From Candidatus Poseidoniales archaeon (GTDB lineage Archaea; Thermoplasmatota; Poseidoniia; Poseidoniales; Poseidoniaceae), in the NCBI GenBank assembly GCA_038116375.1, contig JAYNUQ010000005.1:14036-78035 (forward strand): a stretch of DNA of 64,000 nt, given 5' to 3'. This document shows, piece after piece, positions 20,779 to 30,374 of this stretch (positions within the stretch are counted from its first letter, which is position 1; every line of letters begins with the position of its first letter). The position numbers were made by a program, and so were the translations under genes. The notes beneath the pieces were generated by a model. It was not told the origin of the DNA. It saw only the letters and a program-made list of their open reading frames with translations, and made no database searches.

Positions 20779-22404
20779 ATGAGCGCCGTCCGTGGTGAGG
20801 GCATGGTCAGCGGCGACGAATCTTCGCTGGCGTTCTCCAAGCCCCCCCTCTCCTATCGGCTCTCCCGTTGGTTCTACCGCTTTTTGACCAACATATGGTT
20901 TCGAGAAATCAACATCGTGGACGATGAGAATTTACCTGAAGAGGGAGGCTTGCTCTACATCACCTGGCACCCAAGTGGACTGATTGACCCGATGCTGATG
21001 ACGTCGGTTCTACCGGGCCGTCTGACCACGGTGGCCAAACACACGCTGTTTCGAATTCCGCTGCTCGGCCGTTTGCTCAAGGCCTCCGGTGTGGTGCCCA
21101 TCGAACGTCCTGAGGATTCAACCGACCTCGATGCATCACGGCGAAGAAACATTTCACGACTTCACGACCTTTCTTCGCGCCTCGTTCAGGGGGGAAGCGT
21201 CTTGATTTTCCCTGAGGGCATAACGCACGGTGATGCTGGTGTTCGCACGGTTCGGTCGGGTGCGGCGCGCGTCCTTTTGAAAGCGATGCGAGATGCGAAA
21301 CAGCAGGGACGGCCAAGGCCTCACCTGGTGCCTGTCGGCCTTCATTACTCCGAGTCTCAACGTTTTCGAGAACGAGCGGCCGTGGTGATTGAGCGAGCGA
21401 TGGACCTCCCCGAGGCTCCCCCTCTTGTTGAAAGCGAGGCCGAACAGGATGCGCTCGACCGAGGATGGGTTAAGGACCTGACCGGCCAAATAGCGGTTGA
21501 ACTTGAACGGGTGAACCATTCGAAGATGTCGTGGACCGAACGTACGATGATTTGGAAGGGACGAAGTTTGGTGTATGCTGAAAAGCAACGGCAAGCCGGT
21601 GAAGCCCTCGTCAAACCTTCCTACGCCGAATCCGTGCTTGCAGCCCGGCGTCTTCGGGCGGGGTGGGAATACATGGCGCACGAGCAACCCAAGGAAACGG
21701 AAACCCTTGCAAAAGCGTGTGAAGACCATTTTTCAACTCTAGAACAGCGGGGGATCACGCCGTATGACGTGGATGCTCGACCGGAACGGCTGACGTTGCT
21801 TGGCTACGGCACCTACTTCGTCCATTGGCTCTGGGCTTTGGTGTGGATGTTCGGTTTGGTTACGTGGAGTGCCATTGCGGGAAATTATGTTCCCTACAAG
21901 ATGAACGGCTTCCTCAGTTGGATGCTCAAACGGCGGTTGCATGACTCTTCCGTCATCGGGACGGTGAAGGTGTTCTCCGCCGTGGTTTTCTTCCCGTTGT
22001 GGTGGATTTCAGTCTCAGCGCTCATCACGTGGTCGCTCCTGAGTTCAGCAAGTCCGCTGAATGAATTGCTGCTGAGCCATTGGCTCCTCCTCGAAATCAC
22101 GAACCTGCCTGTTTGGGGCGTCTTTGCGGTCTTCATGGTCTGGTGGCCCGTATCGGCAAAACTCCACCTCAAACTCTACGCTCGACTTGTACGGGGGTGG
22201 AGAAACCTCCAACGATGGGAAATCTGGAAAGACGATACCAACGAGTGGGATGCTCTGGTGCGTGAACAGCGTCGCCTTGCGAACGAACTCGTGGAACTCG
22301 GTGCAGGACTGGTGCTTCCAGGAGACGAAGATTGGCTTGACCCTCCTTCTGGCAAGGATGATGTTTCAGCCGTTCAGCGGCGACCAACGACCGCTTCACC
22401 CTAA
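20779..22404 (+). CDS. Glycerol-phosphate/lysophospholipid acyltransferase (PlsC/GPAT family) with C-terminal TM helices (start may be 20803)
   Basis: HPSGLID (HxxxxD), AKHTLF, PIER, IFPEG, PVGLHY. Confidence 0.88.
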   Translation: MSAVRGEGMVSGDESSLAFSKPPLSYRLSRWFYRFLTNIWFREINIVDDENLPEEGGLLYITWHPSGLIDPMLMTSVLPGRLTTVAKHTLFRIPLLGRLLKASGVVPIERPEDSTDLDASRRRNISRLHDLSSRLVQGGSVLIFPEGITHGDAGVRTVRSGAARVLLKAMRDAKQQGRPRPHLVPVGLHYSESQRFRERAAVVIERAMDLPEAPPLVESEAEQDALDRGWVKDLTGQIAVELERVNHSKMSWTERTMIWKGRSLVYAEKQRQAGEALVKPSYAESVLAARRLRAGWEYMAHEQPKETETLAKACEDHFSTLEQRGITPYDVDARPERLTLLGYGTYFVHWLWALVWMFGLVTWSAIAGNYVPYKMNGFLSWMLKRRLHDSSVIGTVKVFSAVVFFPLWWISVSALITWSLLSSASPLNELLLSHWLLLEITNLPVWGVFAVFMVWWPVSAKLHLKLYARLVRGWRNLQRWEIWKDDTNEWDALVREQRRLANELVELGAGLVLPGDEDWLDPPSGKDDVSAVQRRPTTASP

Positions 22405-22484
22405 ACCCCCGGGTTCTTGCGGGTTTCTGGCACAAGGGTTTGAATGAAAGGACGGTGGTGGGCCGACCAAACGGGGGTGCACGG

Positions 22485-23606
22485 ATGACACGGACGCTGG
22501 TGTTGACGGTTGACAGGGACAACGACTTGGGGCTCAAGACCTCCATTCGGGGACCCGTGGTTGGCCGCCGTCAGGTGTTGACTGCAGCCCTCAAACTCGG
22601 CATCTCCGATCCAGAAGAAAGCGATACCAACGCCATCCTCGGGGCGCTCAAGCAGCACGACCTTCTCGCTGAAGGAAAATCGGAGGAGGACGATGTTGAA
22701 ATTGCCATCCTCACCGGTGATGAAAAGGTTGGTGTACGCTCTGACCGAGCCATCGCAGCGCAATTGGACGAAGTGGTTTCAGCCTTCCAACCCGATCAAG
22801 CCATTCTGGTCACCGACGGTGCCGAAGACGAAAGCGTCCTTCCCATCATCACCTCACAGGTTCGAATTGACCATGTCGAGAAGGTCATCGTGAAACAGTC
22901 CAAGGGCATCGAAAGCACGTATTACTACATCATCAAAGCCCTTGAAGACCCAAAGTGGAGGTCAAAAATCATGGTTCCATTCGGCGCAGTGTTGGCCATT
23001 TTGGGACTCGGCATCATGCTTCCCAATGAAATCGGTGGCATCGTCATCGGTGCGCTTCCTTTGGCCTTGGGACTGTACATCTTCAGCAAGGGCGCAGGCA
23101 TTGAATCAACCGTTAACCGTGTCATTCAGGAAATGCGAGAGAACGCCGATGCGGCGATGTTTTCCTCGCTGTTGTGGACGGCTACGTTGTTCAGTGCCAT
23201 CTTCGCTGTGGCTGAGGGATGGCGGGCGTTTGGCGTCTCCGAAGCCACCGCAAATTCCCAATCGGTGTTGTGGTTAAGCGTGATTCACTCTTCGCTGGCG
23301 TGGACGGTTATCGCGTTCCTCACCTCAACGGCTGGCTTCATGCTCTTGCGCCTAAAACGCGGTTCGTTTTCGGGCAGCCTCATCGTGCTGAGCGTGTTCG
23401 GCATGGTGGTCTATTCCTTCCTCAACTCGGCGCTCGACATCGCCATTCGTGTGCTGAGCGGCACCTCCTACGAGTTCAGCGTTGAGATGATTCTCAACGA
23501 CCTGACCACGCCGCTGATTTGGGTCGTTGTGCTGTGGATGGTCACCACCGTCGTGCGCACCTTGCAGACCCGTCAAGCACAAGCCGACCGCTATTGGGGC
23601 ATATGA
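22485..23606 (+). CDS. DUF373 family archaeal membrane protein
   Basis: LVLTVDRDNDLG.K, DPEESDTNAI, VTDGAEDE.VLPII, KQS..IESTYY, followed by several TM helices. Confidence 0.9.
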   Translation: MTRTLVLTVDRDNDLGLKTSIRGPVVGRRQVLTAALKLGISDPEESDTNAILGALKQHDLLAEGKSEEDDVEIAILTGDEKVGVRSDRAIAAQLDEVVSAFQPDQAILVTDGAEDESVLPIITSQVRIDHVEKVIVKQSKGIESTYYYIIKALEDPKWRSKIMVPFGAVLAILGLGIMLPNEIGGIVIGALPLALGLYIFSKGAGIESTVNRVIQEMRENADAAMFSSLLWTATLFSAIFAVAEGWRAFGVSEATANSQSVLWLSVIHSSLAWTVIAFLTSTAGFMLLRLKRGSFSGSLIVLSVFGMVVYSFLNSALDIAIRVLSGTSYEFSVEMILNDLTTPLIWVVVLWMVTTVVRTLQTRQAQADRYWGI

Positions 23607-23690
23607 GCGCACCAAGACCCATCACGAAACGCTTCAAGCGTGGGCAGTTCCATCGTGAACACCTAAAGCAAGTCATCCATTGGCGTCGTC

Positions 23691-24113
23691 ATGGGCACGG
23701 TTCCTGAGCATGAATTGGTGGCTGTCCGCAACATGACGGGCTACGACCAAATGTTGGAAATTGACCGATTGTGCAAGACCTACGGCGTGGATGAAGCCAC
23801 CTTGCAAGCCTTGCTATCGGCGAGCGGCGCCTCAGGAGCAACGGCACCTCCACCCTCGGCTCAATCGTGGGACACCTCGCACAAAGACGTCCCGGGTCTC
23901 GGCCAGGCAGGTCCGCCAGCCGCACCCACGGTCGTCGACAAGCGGCAATTTCGGTTTGAATACGACCCGAGCAGGGAAGCAGCAGAGCGACGGGAGCAGG
24001 TCAGTCAGGCCATTTTGTGTTCAGCGTGCGGTGTTGCCTTGGGCATTCCCGACGTTCGCCCCATCAAGGTGACCTGCCCGGCTTGTCTCTTCGAGACCAC
24101 CTACACCAACTGA
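23691..24113 (+). CDS. Hypothetical protein with C-terminal zinc ribbon
   Basis: CSAC...CPAC. Confidence 0.7.
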   Translation: MGTVPEHELVAVRNMTGYDQMLEIDRLCKTYGVDEATLQALLSASGASGATAPPPSAQSWDTSHKDVPGLGQAGPPAAPTVVDKRQFRFEYDPSREAAERREQVSQAILCSACGVALGIPDVRPIKVTCPACLFETTYTN

Positions 24114-24151
24114 AAGGCGGGTTCATGTACACCGATTGAGGAGGGCCATGC

Positions 24152-24967
24152 ATGCACGAAGGCTCGCCACGTCGTTGGCCCTATTCTGCGAACAATTCGC
24201 CTTTGGCGCTGCCCGAACATCCCATTCTGTATACGCCTGAGGAAGTGATACTGCTCGATCGCTTTGCAGGCGAGGTCTCGGAGGATGAACTTCAAGGCGA
24301 TATGTTCCATGCCTATGTACAACGATTTGGAACCGAGGACCACACGCTTGAACAGCTTCTGGCTTCCGCAGACGCCGCCCCGATTGAGCAACGACGCCCC
24401 GTTCTTCTTCAGGGCGAACTCGCAAATCCATATCGCCTTCGCGACATCAACATGGGGCCTCTGCCCGTGCTGACCGTTCGATTGGAGGGCATTTGCAGAA
24501 CGTGGGCTGACGGTCTGGACCCGCGAGACACCTATCCGGGAGTTCATCACGTGACGCTGGCCCGTACTCCGGGTTGGTGGGAGCGCTCTCACATTGGTTT
24601 GGCCACCAAAGACCAACTCAAACGGATTCGAGACTGGCTGGATAACGGGGTTCGCTCGACATGGCGTCCGGTCAAACTCGCTGAGGGTGGCGTTCGTTTC
24701 GAGCACGATGCAGGATTAACGCCGCCAGCATCGGCTGATGTTGAGTGGGACGGGGCTACCGAACGGGTCTCCCTTGCCGCTCCATCGCCAACCGGGCCTC
24801 CAATTGCGCTTGATGCACTGCTTGTTGTGGTTCACACCCGACAGGGCTGCTACAACCACCGAGGGCGAATCGCACGCTGTGTTCACATGCACCAGCGCCA
24901 ATTTCACGAGGGTTTGTTCAGAAAAGGGTCGTCCCACCGCTGGAATGAAATTCTCACGCTGAAGTAG
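24152..24967 (+). CDS. Hypothetical protein (weak gamma-glutamylcyclotransferase-like N-terminal motif)
   Basis: 271-aa ORF; RRPVLLQGELANP..L is reminiscent of PVLAYGSN. Confidence 0.6.
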   Translation: MHEGSPRRWPYSANNSPLALPEHPILYTPEEVILLDRFAGEVSEDELQGDMFHAYVQRFGTEDHTLEQLLASADAAPIEQRRPVLLQGELANPYRLRDINMGPLPVLTVRLEGICRTWADGLDPRDTYPGVHHVTLARTPGWWERSHIGLATKDQLKRIRDWLDNGVRSTWRPVKLAEGGVRFEHDAGLTPPASADVEWDGATERVSLAAPSPTGPPIALDALLVVVHTRQGCYNHRGRIARCVHMHQRQFHEGLFRKGSSHRWNEILTLK

Positions 24968-25988
24968 GCGAACGAAGGTAGTGCTCTATGCGCTCCTCTC
25001 CCCAGACGTATTCGTGTTCAAGCCTTAACCCAGAGGCCGCAAGCATATCGGTGCTTAACCCGGCGTCAACCGGTTCCTGATGAACGACGCTGCTGTGAAC
25101 GAGAAAAACCTCGTCGACCAGGCCTGCCTTGAGGAATCGATGAACGGTGGTTGGCCCACCCTCGACCAAGAGGCGTTGGATGTCTTTGTCGGCCAGTTGT
25201 TGGAGCAACGATTTCAAGCCCGTGAAGTCGTTTTGCATCAACAAGGTTTCACCATCGTCGTGCAGCAGTTGCGATGACGTGTTGATACGCTGATTTGGGT
25301 CGATGACGATTCGCAAGGGTTGTCGAGAGGAGGGGACGAGACGGACGTTGAGCTGTGGGTCGTCTCGATTGACGGTCTCAACACCCACCAAGACGGCATC
25401 GCAATCTCTTCGCAATTCGTGAACCTTTTCCAAGCACCCCTGAGATGTGAAACGCTGCGGGTCTTGAGAACGGTCATCAACCGAGCCGTTGGCGTCCAAA
25501 GCCAATTTCACCGTGACCAGCGGGAGGCGATGCTCGCACCAGTGCATGAAGCCACGCATCTGTTCGTACGCTTCGTCGCTCATGAGGCCAACACGGGTTG
25601 GAATGCCGGCCGATTCAAGCACATGGCAACCGTTGCCCCGAACGGTGGGGTTCGGGTCGTGATGGGCGATGACCACCTCCTTGACCCCTGCCCACATCAG
25701 CGCTTCCGTGCAGGGCGGAGTTCGTCCGAAATGATTGCACGGTTCGAGGGTGACGTAGGCCGTCGAGCCGTTGGGTGAATGGCCCTTTTCTTCGGCATCA
25801 TGAATCGCCATTTGTTCGGCGTGCAGGCCACCGAGGTGATCGTGCCATCCTTCAGCGATGACCGTGCCGTCTTTGACCAGGACACAGCCAACCAGCGGAT
25901 TTGGGCTGACTTTTCCCCGGCCGCGCTCAGCGACCAAAAGTGCATGTTCCATGAACATGCGGTCGTCCTCACTCCATGCGTCTGCCAC
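24954..25988 (-). CDS. ribD: Bifunctional riboflavin deaminase/reductase RibD
   Basis: SPNPLVGCV, HAE, TLEPCNHFGRTPPC, DAVLVG, LLVEGGP. Confidence 0.95.
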   Translation of the reverse strand: MADAWSEDDRMFMEHALLVAERGRGKVSPNPLVGCVLVKDGTVIAEGWHDHLGGLHAEQMAIHDAEEKGHSPNGSTAYVTLEPCNHFGRTPPCTEALMWAGVKEVVIAHHDPNPTVRGNGCHVLESAGIPTRVGLMSDEAYEQMRGFMHWCEHRLPLVTVKLALDANGSVDDRSQDPQRFTSQGCLEKVHELRRDCDAVLVGVETVNRDDPQLNVRLVPSSRQPLRIVIDPNQRINTSSQLLHDDGETLLMQNDFTGLKSLLQQLADKDIQRLLVEGGPTTVHRFLKAGLVDEVFLVHSSVVHQEPVDAGLSTDMLAASGLRLEHEYVWGEERIEHYLRSPTSA

Positions 25989-26063
25989 GGTTCGCCCACG
26001 GACCTCTTGTTCATGACTGCTTGCATTGATGCTGGGGCCAAAATGCGACGAAAAACCACATTT

Positions 26064-26093
26064 TATTCAATATTCATTGAATATTATTCAATA
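26064..26093. promoter_or_regulatory. Operator-like inverted repeats between the divergent ribD and lipid kinase genes
   Basis: TATTCAAT-ATTC-ATTGAATA-T-TATTCAATA: three copies of one 8-mer in alternating orientation within an AT island. Confidence 0.55.
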
Positions 26094-26156
26094 CGCATAT
26101 TTGCACAAAGGCCCCGTTGGAGAAGCATTCAAGCGGTGCAGTGCACTGACGAAGAC

Positions 26157-27215
26157 ATGGCGAAGAACCAGACCGAAGGTTTGCAAGAACCCATGACGTT
26201 CCAAGCCGACGGCGCCAGCCGCCGAAAAAAAGGTGCGCAACGGCCCGTGTTTGCCGATGTCTTCCAGTTGGACGGTGAAACCGTTGACCTCCCCACAAAG
26301 GTGCATTTGCTGGTGAATCCCTATGCTGGCAAGAAACGAGGCAGGGATGTGGCAAAGCGGGTGATTGAACTCGTTGAGCAGGCCGGTGTTGGGATCGATT
26401 GTTCGTATTCAGCCTACAGCGGTCATTTGGTGACCATGGCCTCAGCTTTGGTGGTTGATGAGCACGACATCATTGCGGTTGTTGGCGGCGACGGTTCTCT
26501 GTCAGAGGTCATATCAGGTCGGATGCTCCTCGGGTCTTCCCGTAAGGAGACCTTTGCGGTGATTCCCGCTGGAACCGGCAATTCGCATGCTCACGATCTC
26601 CGATTATCATCCGTTGAAGCGGCCGTTGAAGCGATGCTGCGCGGTCATCGGCAAGCACTTGACTTGGCCAGAGTAGAGTTGACCGAAGGACTGCCCGGGG
26701 CCACCGCTGAACCCATGGTTCGCTACAGCCACAACCTCGTGACCTGGGGACTGGGTGTTGACTCGACCATTCAAGCAGAAAAAATGCGGTGGATGGGGCC
26801 TGCACGCTATGATGTAGGTATCCTGTTGGCCATTCTTGCGAACCGTCGTCGAACGGCCACCCTCACCCTTGACGACCGTTTTATCACCGATGATTTCACG
26901 CTCTTTCTGGTGCAGAACACCCAAACGGGCGGCTCAATGTTGCCCCTTGCCCCGGGTGCCAGCACCGATGATGGCTTGATGGACATTGGCATTTTGAAGA
27001 AAATGAGTCGTCGGGACGTGCTCAAAGCTTTTGGGATGCTCAAAAAAGAAGGGCGTCATGTGTTTCATCCACGCGTGGATTACCACCGATTCACAACCCT
27101 CAAGATCGAGACCGAAGAGCCCACGGCCATCAACATCGACGGTGAAAACATTGGGTCAACGCCGCTGAGCATGAGCGTGCTCAAACACGCTGCCTACATC
27201 ATGCGTCCTGCCTAG
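26157..27215 (+). CDS. Diacylglycerol/sphingosine kinase family lipid kinase (YegS/DgkB-like)
   Basis: LVNPYAG, VGGDGSLSEV, IPAGTGNS, DDGLMD, NIDGE. Start trimmed to ATG 26157. Confidence 0.92.
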   Translation: MAKNQTEGLQEPMTFQADGASRRKKGAQRPVFADVFQLDGETVDLPTKVHLLVNPYAGKKRGRDVAKRVIELVEQAGVGIDCSYSAYSGHLVTMASALVVDEHDIIAVVGGDGSLSEVISGRMLLGSSRKETFAVIPAGTGNSHAHDLRLSSVEAAVEAMLRGHRQALDLARVELTEGLPGATAEPMVRYSHNLVTWGLGVDSTIQAEKMRWMGPARYDVGILLAILANRRRTATLTLDDRFITDDFTLFLVQNTQTGGSMLPLAPGASTDDGLMDIGILKKMSRRDVLKAFGMLKKEGRHVFHPRVDYHRFTTLKIETEEPTAINIDGENIGSTPLSMSVLKHAAYIMRPA

Positions 27216-28660
27216 AACGAGAAGTCGGAGAACTCTTCCTCTTCCTCGTAGGCCTGCTTGGGTGCAGGAGCGGGTGCGTCTTCAGTAGGTTTTGCCTTCT
27301 TCACCGCCTTTCGTCGGCGAACCTGCGGCTTCTTCGTTTCCTGCTCCGGTGCGGCTTCGGATTGGGTGCTGGTTGGTGGAGCGCTACGGCGTTGTCGCGT
27401 CATTGAGGCAGGGAGAGAGGAGGTCGGAGCCTCCTGTTGCGTGTTCATTCGGTCCATTTCCTCGGCCGCTTCGGTGACCACCACCGAACTTTTTCTTCCG
27501 GTCGGTGCAGATGAACCTCGACCACTTGAGGTGGAAGCAAGGACGCTGTCGAGATCAAATCCACCAAGGTCGACATCATCGTTCTTTGCTGCCTTTTGCG
27601 GTGGTGCCTTCTGCTTTTTCTCTTCTTTTGATTTGCGTTCTTTGTTGATGCGTCGTTGCCGTTCCTCAGGAGATTCCATGCCGGCCTTCTTGGCGGCCTT
27701 TGCGTCGGTTTTGACGCTGGCGGCCTTCTTCATGCCCTCATCACCGATGAGGATACGCATGGACTTCCCAGCGGTTTTGATCATCATTTGTTTCGAGACG
27801 ACAAAGAGACCAACAGCCCCACCAAAGCCACCAGCGAGGAAGAAGAGAATGAATCCACTGCGTCCGAGGATGGGCACATCGCCCTGCACCCATTCGTCGT
27901 CGGCTTCACCGTTGGACGAAACGGTGGCGCCGTCGAGCGAAATCTGCTTCACCAGAACATAAGCGTCTTCCTTGTTGCTCGTTCCAACGGCCATCGAACA
28001 ATCGCTGTTCGCCTTGTGCCAGGTTGCTTGGTAGCCGTATTGGCTCTGACTGGAGTTTGAACCGGTCACCAGGTAGCCGTGGACCACCACGGGTTGATGC
28101 CACTCGTTGAGCGCTTTCATGCCCTTGAGCACGTTTTCGGTGGTTGGAATCAGTCCAAGAACAAACCAGTCGGTGTCGGATTCGGAATCCACCTCGTCGA
28201 TGTCGACGCTTCCGGCCCCCGTGTCGGGTTGAAGCGGAAGCGCCCATTGTTTGACGTCGATTCTGGCTCCTTCGCCATCGACCACTGAAGCGGCCTGTTC
28301 GAAGGGCATGGATTGGATGGCGACGGCGGTGGTGACGCCCAAATCGAGGCCGCGGGCGCCCATGATGCTGTCGTGGGCGTCGTAGAATTGGCTCGCTGCA
28401 AGATAACCCGTGAACGTGATCGCTTCGCCTACGCCGGCTTCAAGACTGCCGCCATCGCTTCCGGGTGTGCAGCCAACGGGCAGAAGGTCACTGACCGTTC
28501 GAGGCTCGCCCAAGAGGGTGCTTTTGACCGTGGTTCCTTCCATTGAGAAATCAACGTCCACCGCTCCTGAACCCGTTCCCCAATCGGCAGAGGAGGGCCC
28601 AAGACAGCCCGCAAGAAGCATGCTGGCGATGAGACAGATGGCGAGCGTGGCCTTGCGCAT
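27212..28660 (-). CDS. Hypothetical lipoprotein-like membrane protein with long charged cytoplasmic tail
   Basis: Lipobox LLAGC, internal TM helix (FILFFLAGGFGGAVGLFVV), Lys/Ser/Pro-rich tail. Confidence 0.75.
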   Translation of the reverse strand: MRKATLAICLIASMLLAGCLGPSSADWGTGSGAVDVDFSMEGTTVKSTLLGEPRTVSDLLPVGCTPGSDGGSLEAGVGEAITFTGYLAASQFYDAHDSIMGARGLDLGVTTAVAIQSMPFEQAASVVDGEGARIDVKQWALPLQPDTGAGSVDIDEVDSESDTDWFVLGLIPTTENVLKGMKALNEWHQPVVVHGYLVTGSNSSQSQYGYQATWHKANSDCSMAVGTSNKEDAYVLVKQISLDGATVSSNGEADDEWVQGDVPILGRSGFILFFLAGGFGGAVGLFVVSKQMMIKTAGKSMRILIGDEGMKKAASVKTDAKAAKKAGMESPEERQRRINKERKSKEEKKQKAPPQKAAKNDDVDLGGFDLDSVLASTSSGRGSSAPTGRKSSVVVTEAAEEMDRMNTQQEAPTSSLPASMTRQRRSAPPTSTQSEAAPEQETKKPQVRRRKAVKKAKPTEDAPAPAPKQAYEEEEEFSDFSF

Positions 28661-28719
28661 GCACCGTTGAGGGAGGGTGGAGTTTGAGAAGTCTTCCCTG
28701 ATAATTATCGGAGGGATGG

Positions 28720-28805
28720 TGGCGCAGTCGGAGAGATTTGAACTCCCGAGTCACGGGGACACCGGATTTCAAATCCGGCGCAATACCAGGCTATGCGACG
28801 ACTGC
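28720..28805 (-). tRNA. tRNA-Ser(TGA), intron-less, CCA encoded
   Basis: Acceptor stem GCAGTCG/CGACTGC-G-CCA, anticodon arm CCGGA-TTTGAAA-TCCGG, long variable arm, T-loop TTCAAAT. Confidence 0.96.
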
Positions 28806-28847
28806 TTCACGCCGTACGGAGGGGCCCCGCTTTTTCTTCTTTCGCCC

Positions 28848-30365
28848 CTAACCTTCGTGGTCGATGTTGCGGCGTGAAGCGAGCAAGGCGACGGCCAGCA
28901 CACTCAAGCTCATCAGCACGGAAATGGAAGGGACAACGTCGGCTTCGTAGCCACCCAGTTGCTCCTTTTCGAGAAGTTCACGCACATCGGCCGTGAAGTC
29001 TTCCACGCGCCACGCATCGCCCGTCCACGCAACGGTTGGTTCAAGGTCGTCGTTGAGAATGTAGGTGATGGTTGAATGGCCGACGTTGTATTCTTCACTC
29101 GTTTCGGGCACGCAGCTCAGCGGGTCGCTTTCAGCCCAGGTGTAGCCTGCGTCGCACATGCAATGTTTGGAGGACCCGCTTCCCATTTCCCAGCCGTAGC
29201 CGTTGCAAACGGTTTCATCCGAGGATTCGGTGGTTGGAGCGGGAATCATCGAGACGTTTACGTTGGAAGGAGCCCAAGCGATGTGAAGCGGCTCCGTGAA
29301 ATCGTCCATGCCCACGTTCGAGGACTCCCACTGTTCTTCCGTTTCGTTCCATCCGTAGAGGTTCCACCACCACGCGTAATCTTCCGGTGCATCTTCGTCT
29401 GAGAGGCTTGAGAGGAAGTGGCCGTAGGATGAATCTTCGATGGTGGAGTTGATGCTTGCTCCATCGAGCGTCCCTTGCGTGATGTGGTACGCATTGAAAC
29501 GCTCCAATCCTTCCTGTGTGTGCGTCCCGTTTGGCCATTGAACACCAACACTGGAAACATGAGATTCGTTGGGCGCTGGGAGCATGCTTCGATTTCCGTT
29601 CGATGGCATCCACGCAAGATGGGGCGTCTCCAAGCCGTTGGTGTCATCCATGCCAACATCCGAAACTTCCCATGTGTTGTTGGATGCGTTCCAGAGGTTC
29701 AATTCCCACCACCACGACCAATCCGAAGGGGAATCCACACCGTTGATGCCGTGAAGCAGGTTACCGTATTCACTTGCGGACGTATTGAGGGTCCACCCAC
29801 CGGCTTCTGCCACAAGTTGCGTTATCGTCCAGCCGGACCATGCAAACATGTGTTGGGAACTGTTGTTTGAGGTGTCCACCACGGTCACGGAGGCTTCACC
29901 TGGTTGGTAATCCATCACGTGCATGTCGATGACGTTTTGCTGGACAACCACTCCGAACATTTCCCAAATGGGCTCCATCTCCTCGGGGGTGCCCGTCAAA
30001 TGAGGCCATGAGGCACCCATACGCTCACTGTATTCAGCCAGCACTTCGGGGGAGTCGTGTTCAGGGTCAACACTGATGGAAACAAAGGTCACGTCATCGC
30101 GTTCTTCCTTTGTGAGCTGGTCCTCAACGGCGCTGAGGCTCACGGTCAAGACAGGACAGACGTCGGGGCATCGGGTGAAGATGAAGGACACGATCACCAC
30201 ACCTTCAGCATCGGTGTCAAACGAGAAATCTTCCCCGTACTGATCGGTTAATGTGAATGCATCCACGGGTCCACGAGCCAGTTGCTTCCCCATGTAAGCC
30301 GAGGCAGGCGTTAACAGAAAAGCGGTGAGTAACAATGCCGTCAGTGCCTTTCCGTTTGTGTTCAT
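28848..30365 (-). CDS. SCO1/SenC copper chaperone with a large internal insertion and C-terminal membrane anchor
   Basis: FTLTDQYG, FTRCPDVCP (CxxxC), SISVDPEHD, LTG, distal YNVGHST; last gene of the cox operon. Confidence 0.9.
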   Translation of the reverse strand: MNTNGKALTALLLTAFLLTPASAYMGKQLARGPVDAFTLTDQYGEDFSFDTDAEGVVIVSFIFTRCPDVCPVLTVSLSAVEDQLTKEERDDVTFVSISVDPEHDSPEVLAEYSERMGASWPHLTGTPEEMEPIWEMFGVVVQQNVIDMHVMDYQPGEASVTVVDTSNNSSQHMFAWSGWTITQLVAEAGGWTLNTSASEYGNLLHGINGVDSPSDWSWWWELNLWNASNNTWEVSDVGMDDTNGLETPHLAWMPSNGNRSMLPAPNESHVSSVGVQWPNGTHTQEGLERFNAYHITQGTLDGASINSTIEDSSYGHFLSSLSDEDAPEDYAWWWNLYGWNETEEQWESSNVGMDDFTEPLHIAWAPSNVNVSMIPAPTTESSDETVCNGYGWEMGSGSSKHCMCDAGYTWAESDPLSCVPETSEEYNVGHSTITYILNDDLEPTVAWTGDAWRVEDFTADVRELLEKEQLGGYEADVVPSISVLMSLSVLAVALLASRRNIDHEG

Positions 30366-30374
30366 CGTGCCGCC

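Noticed and set aside
25989..26156. FMN riboswitch upstream of ribD
   Set aside because: No RFN consensus (AGGGCGGGG..AATTCCC..CCGGCGG) is present and there is too little leader space.
28717..28722. Genomic CCACCA at the tRNA-Ser 3' end as a degradation tag
   Set aside because: The acceptor stem is perfectly paired and begins GC. The second CCA is most simply trailer sequence removed during processing.
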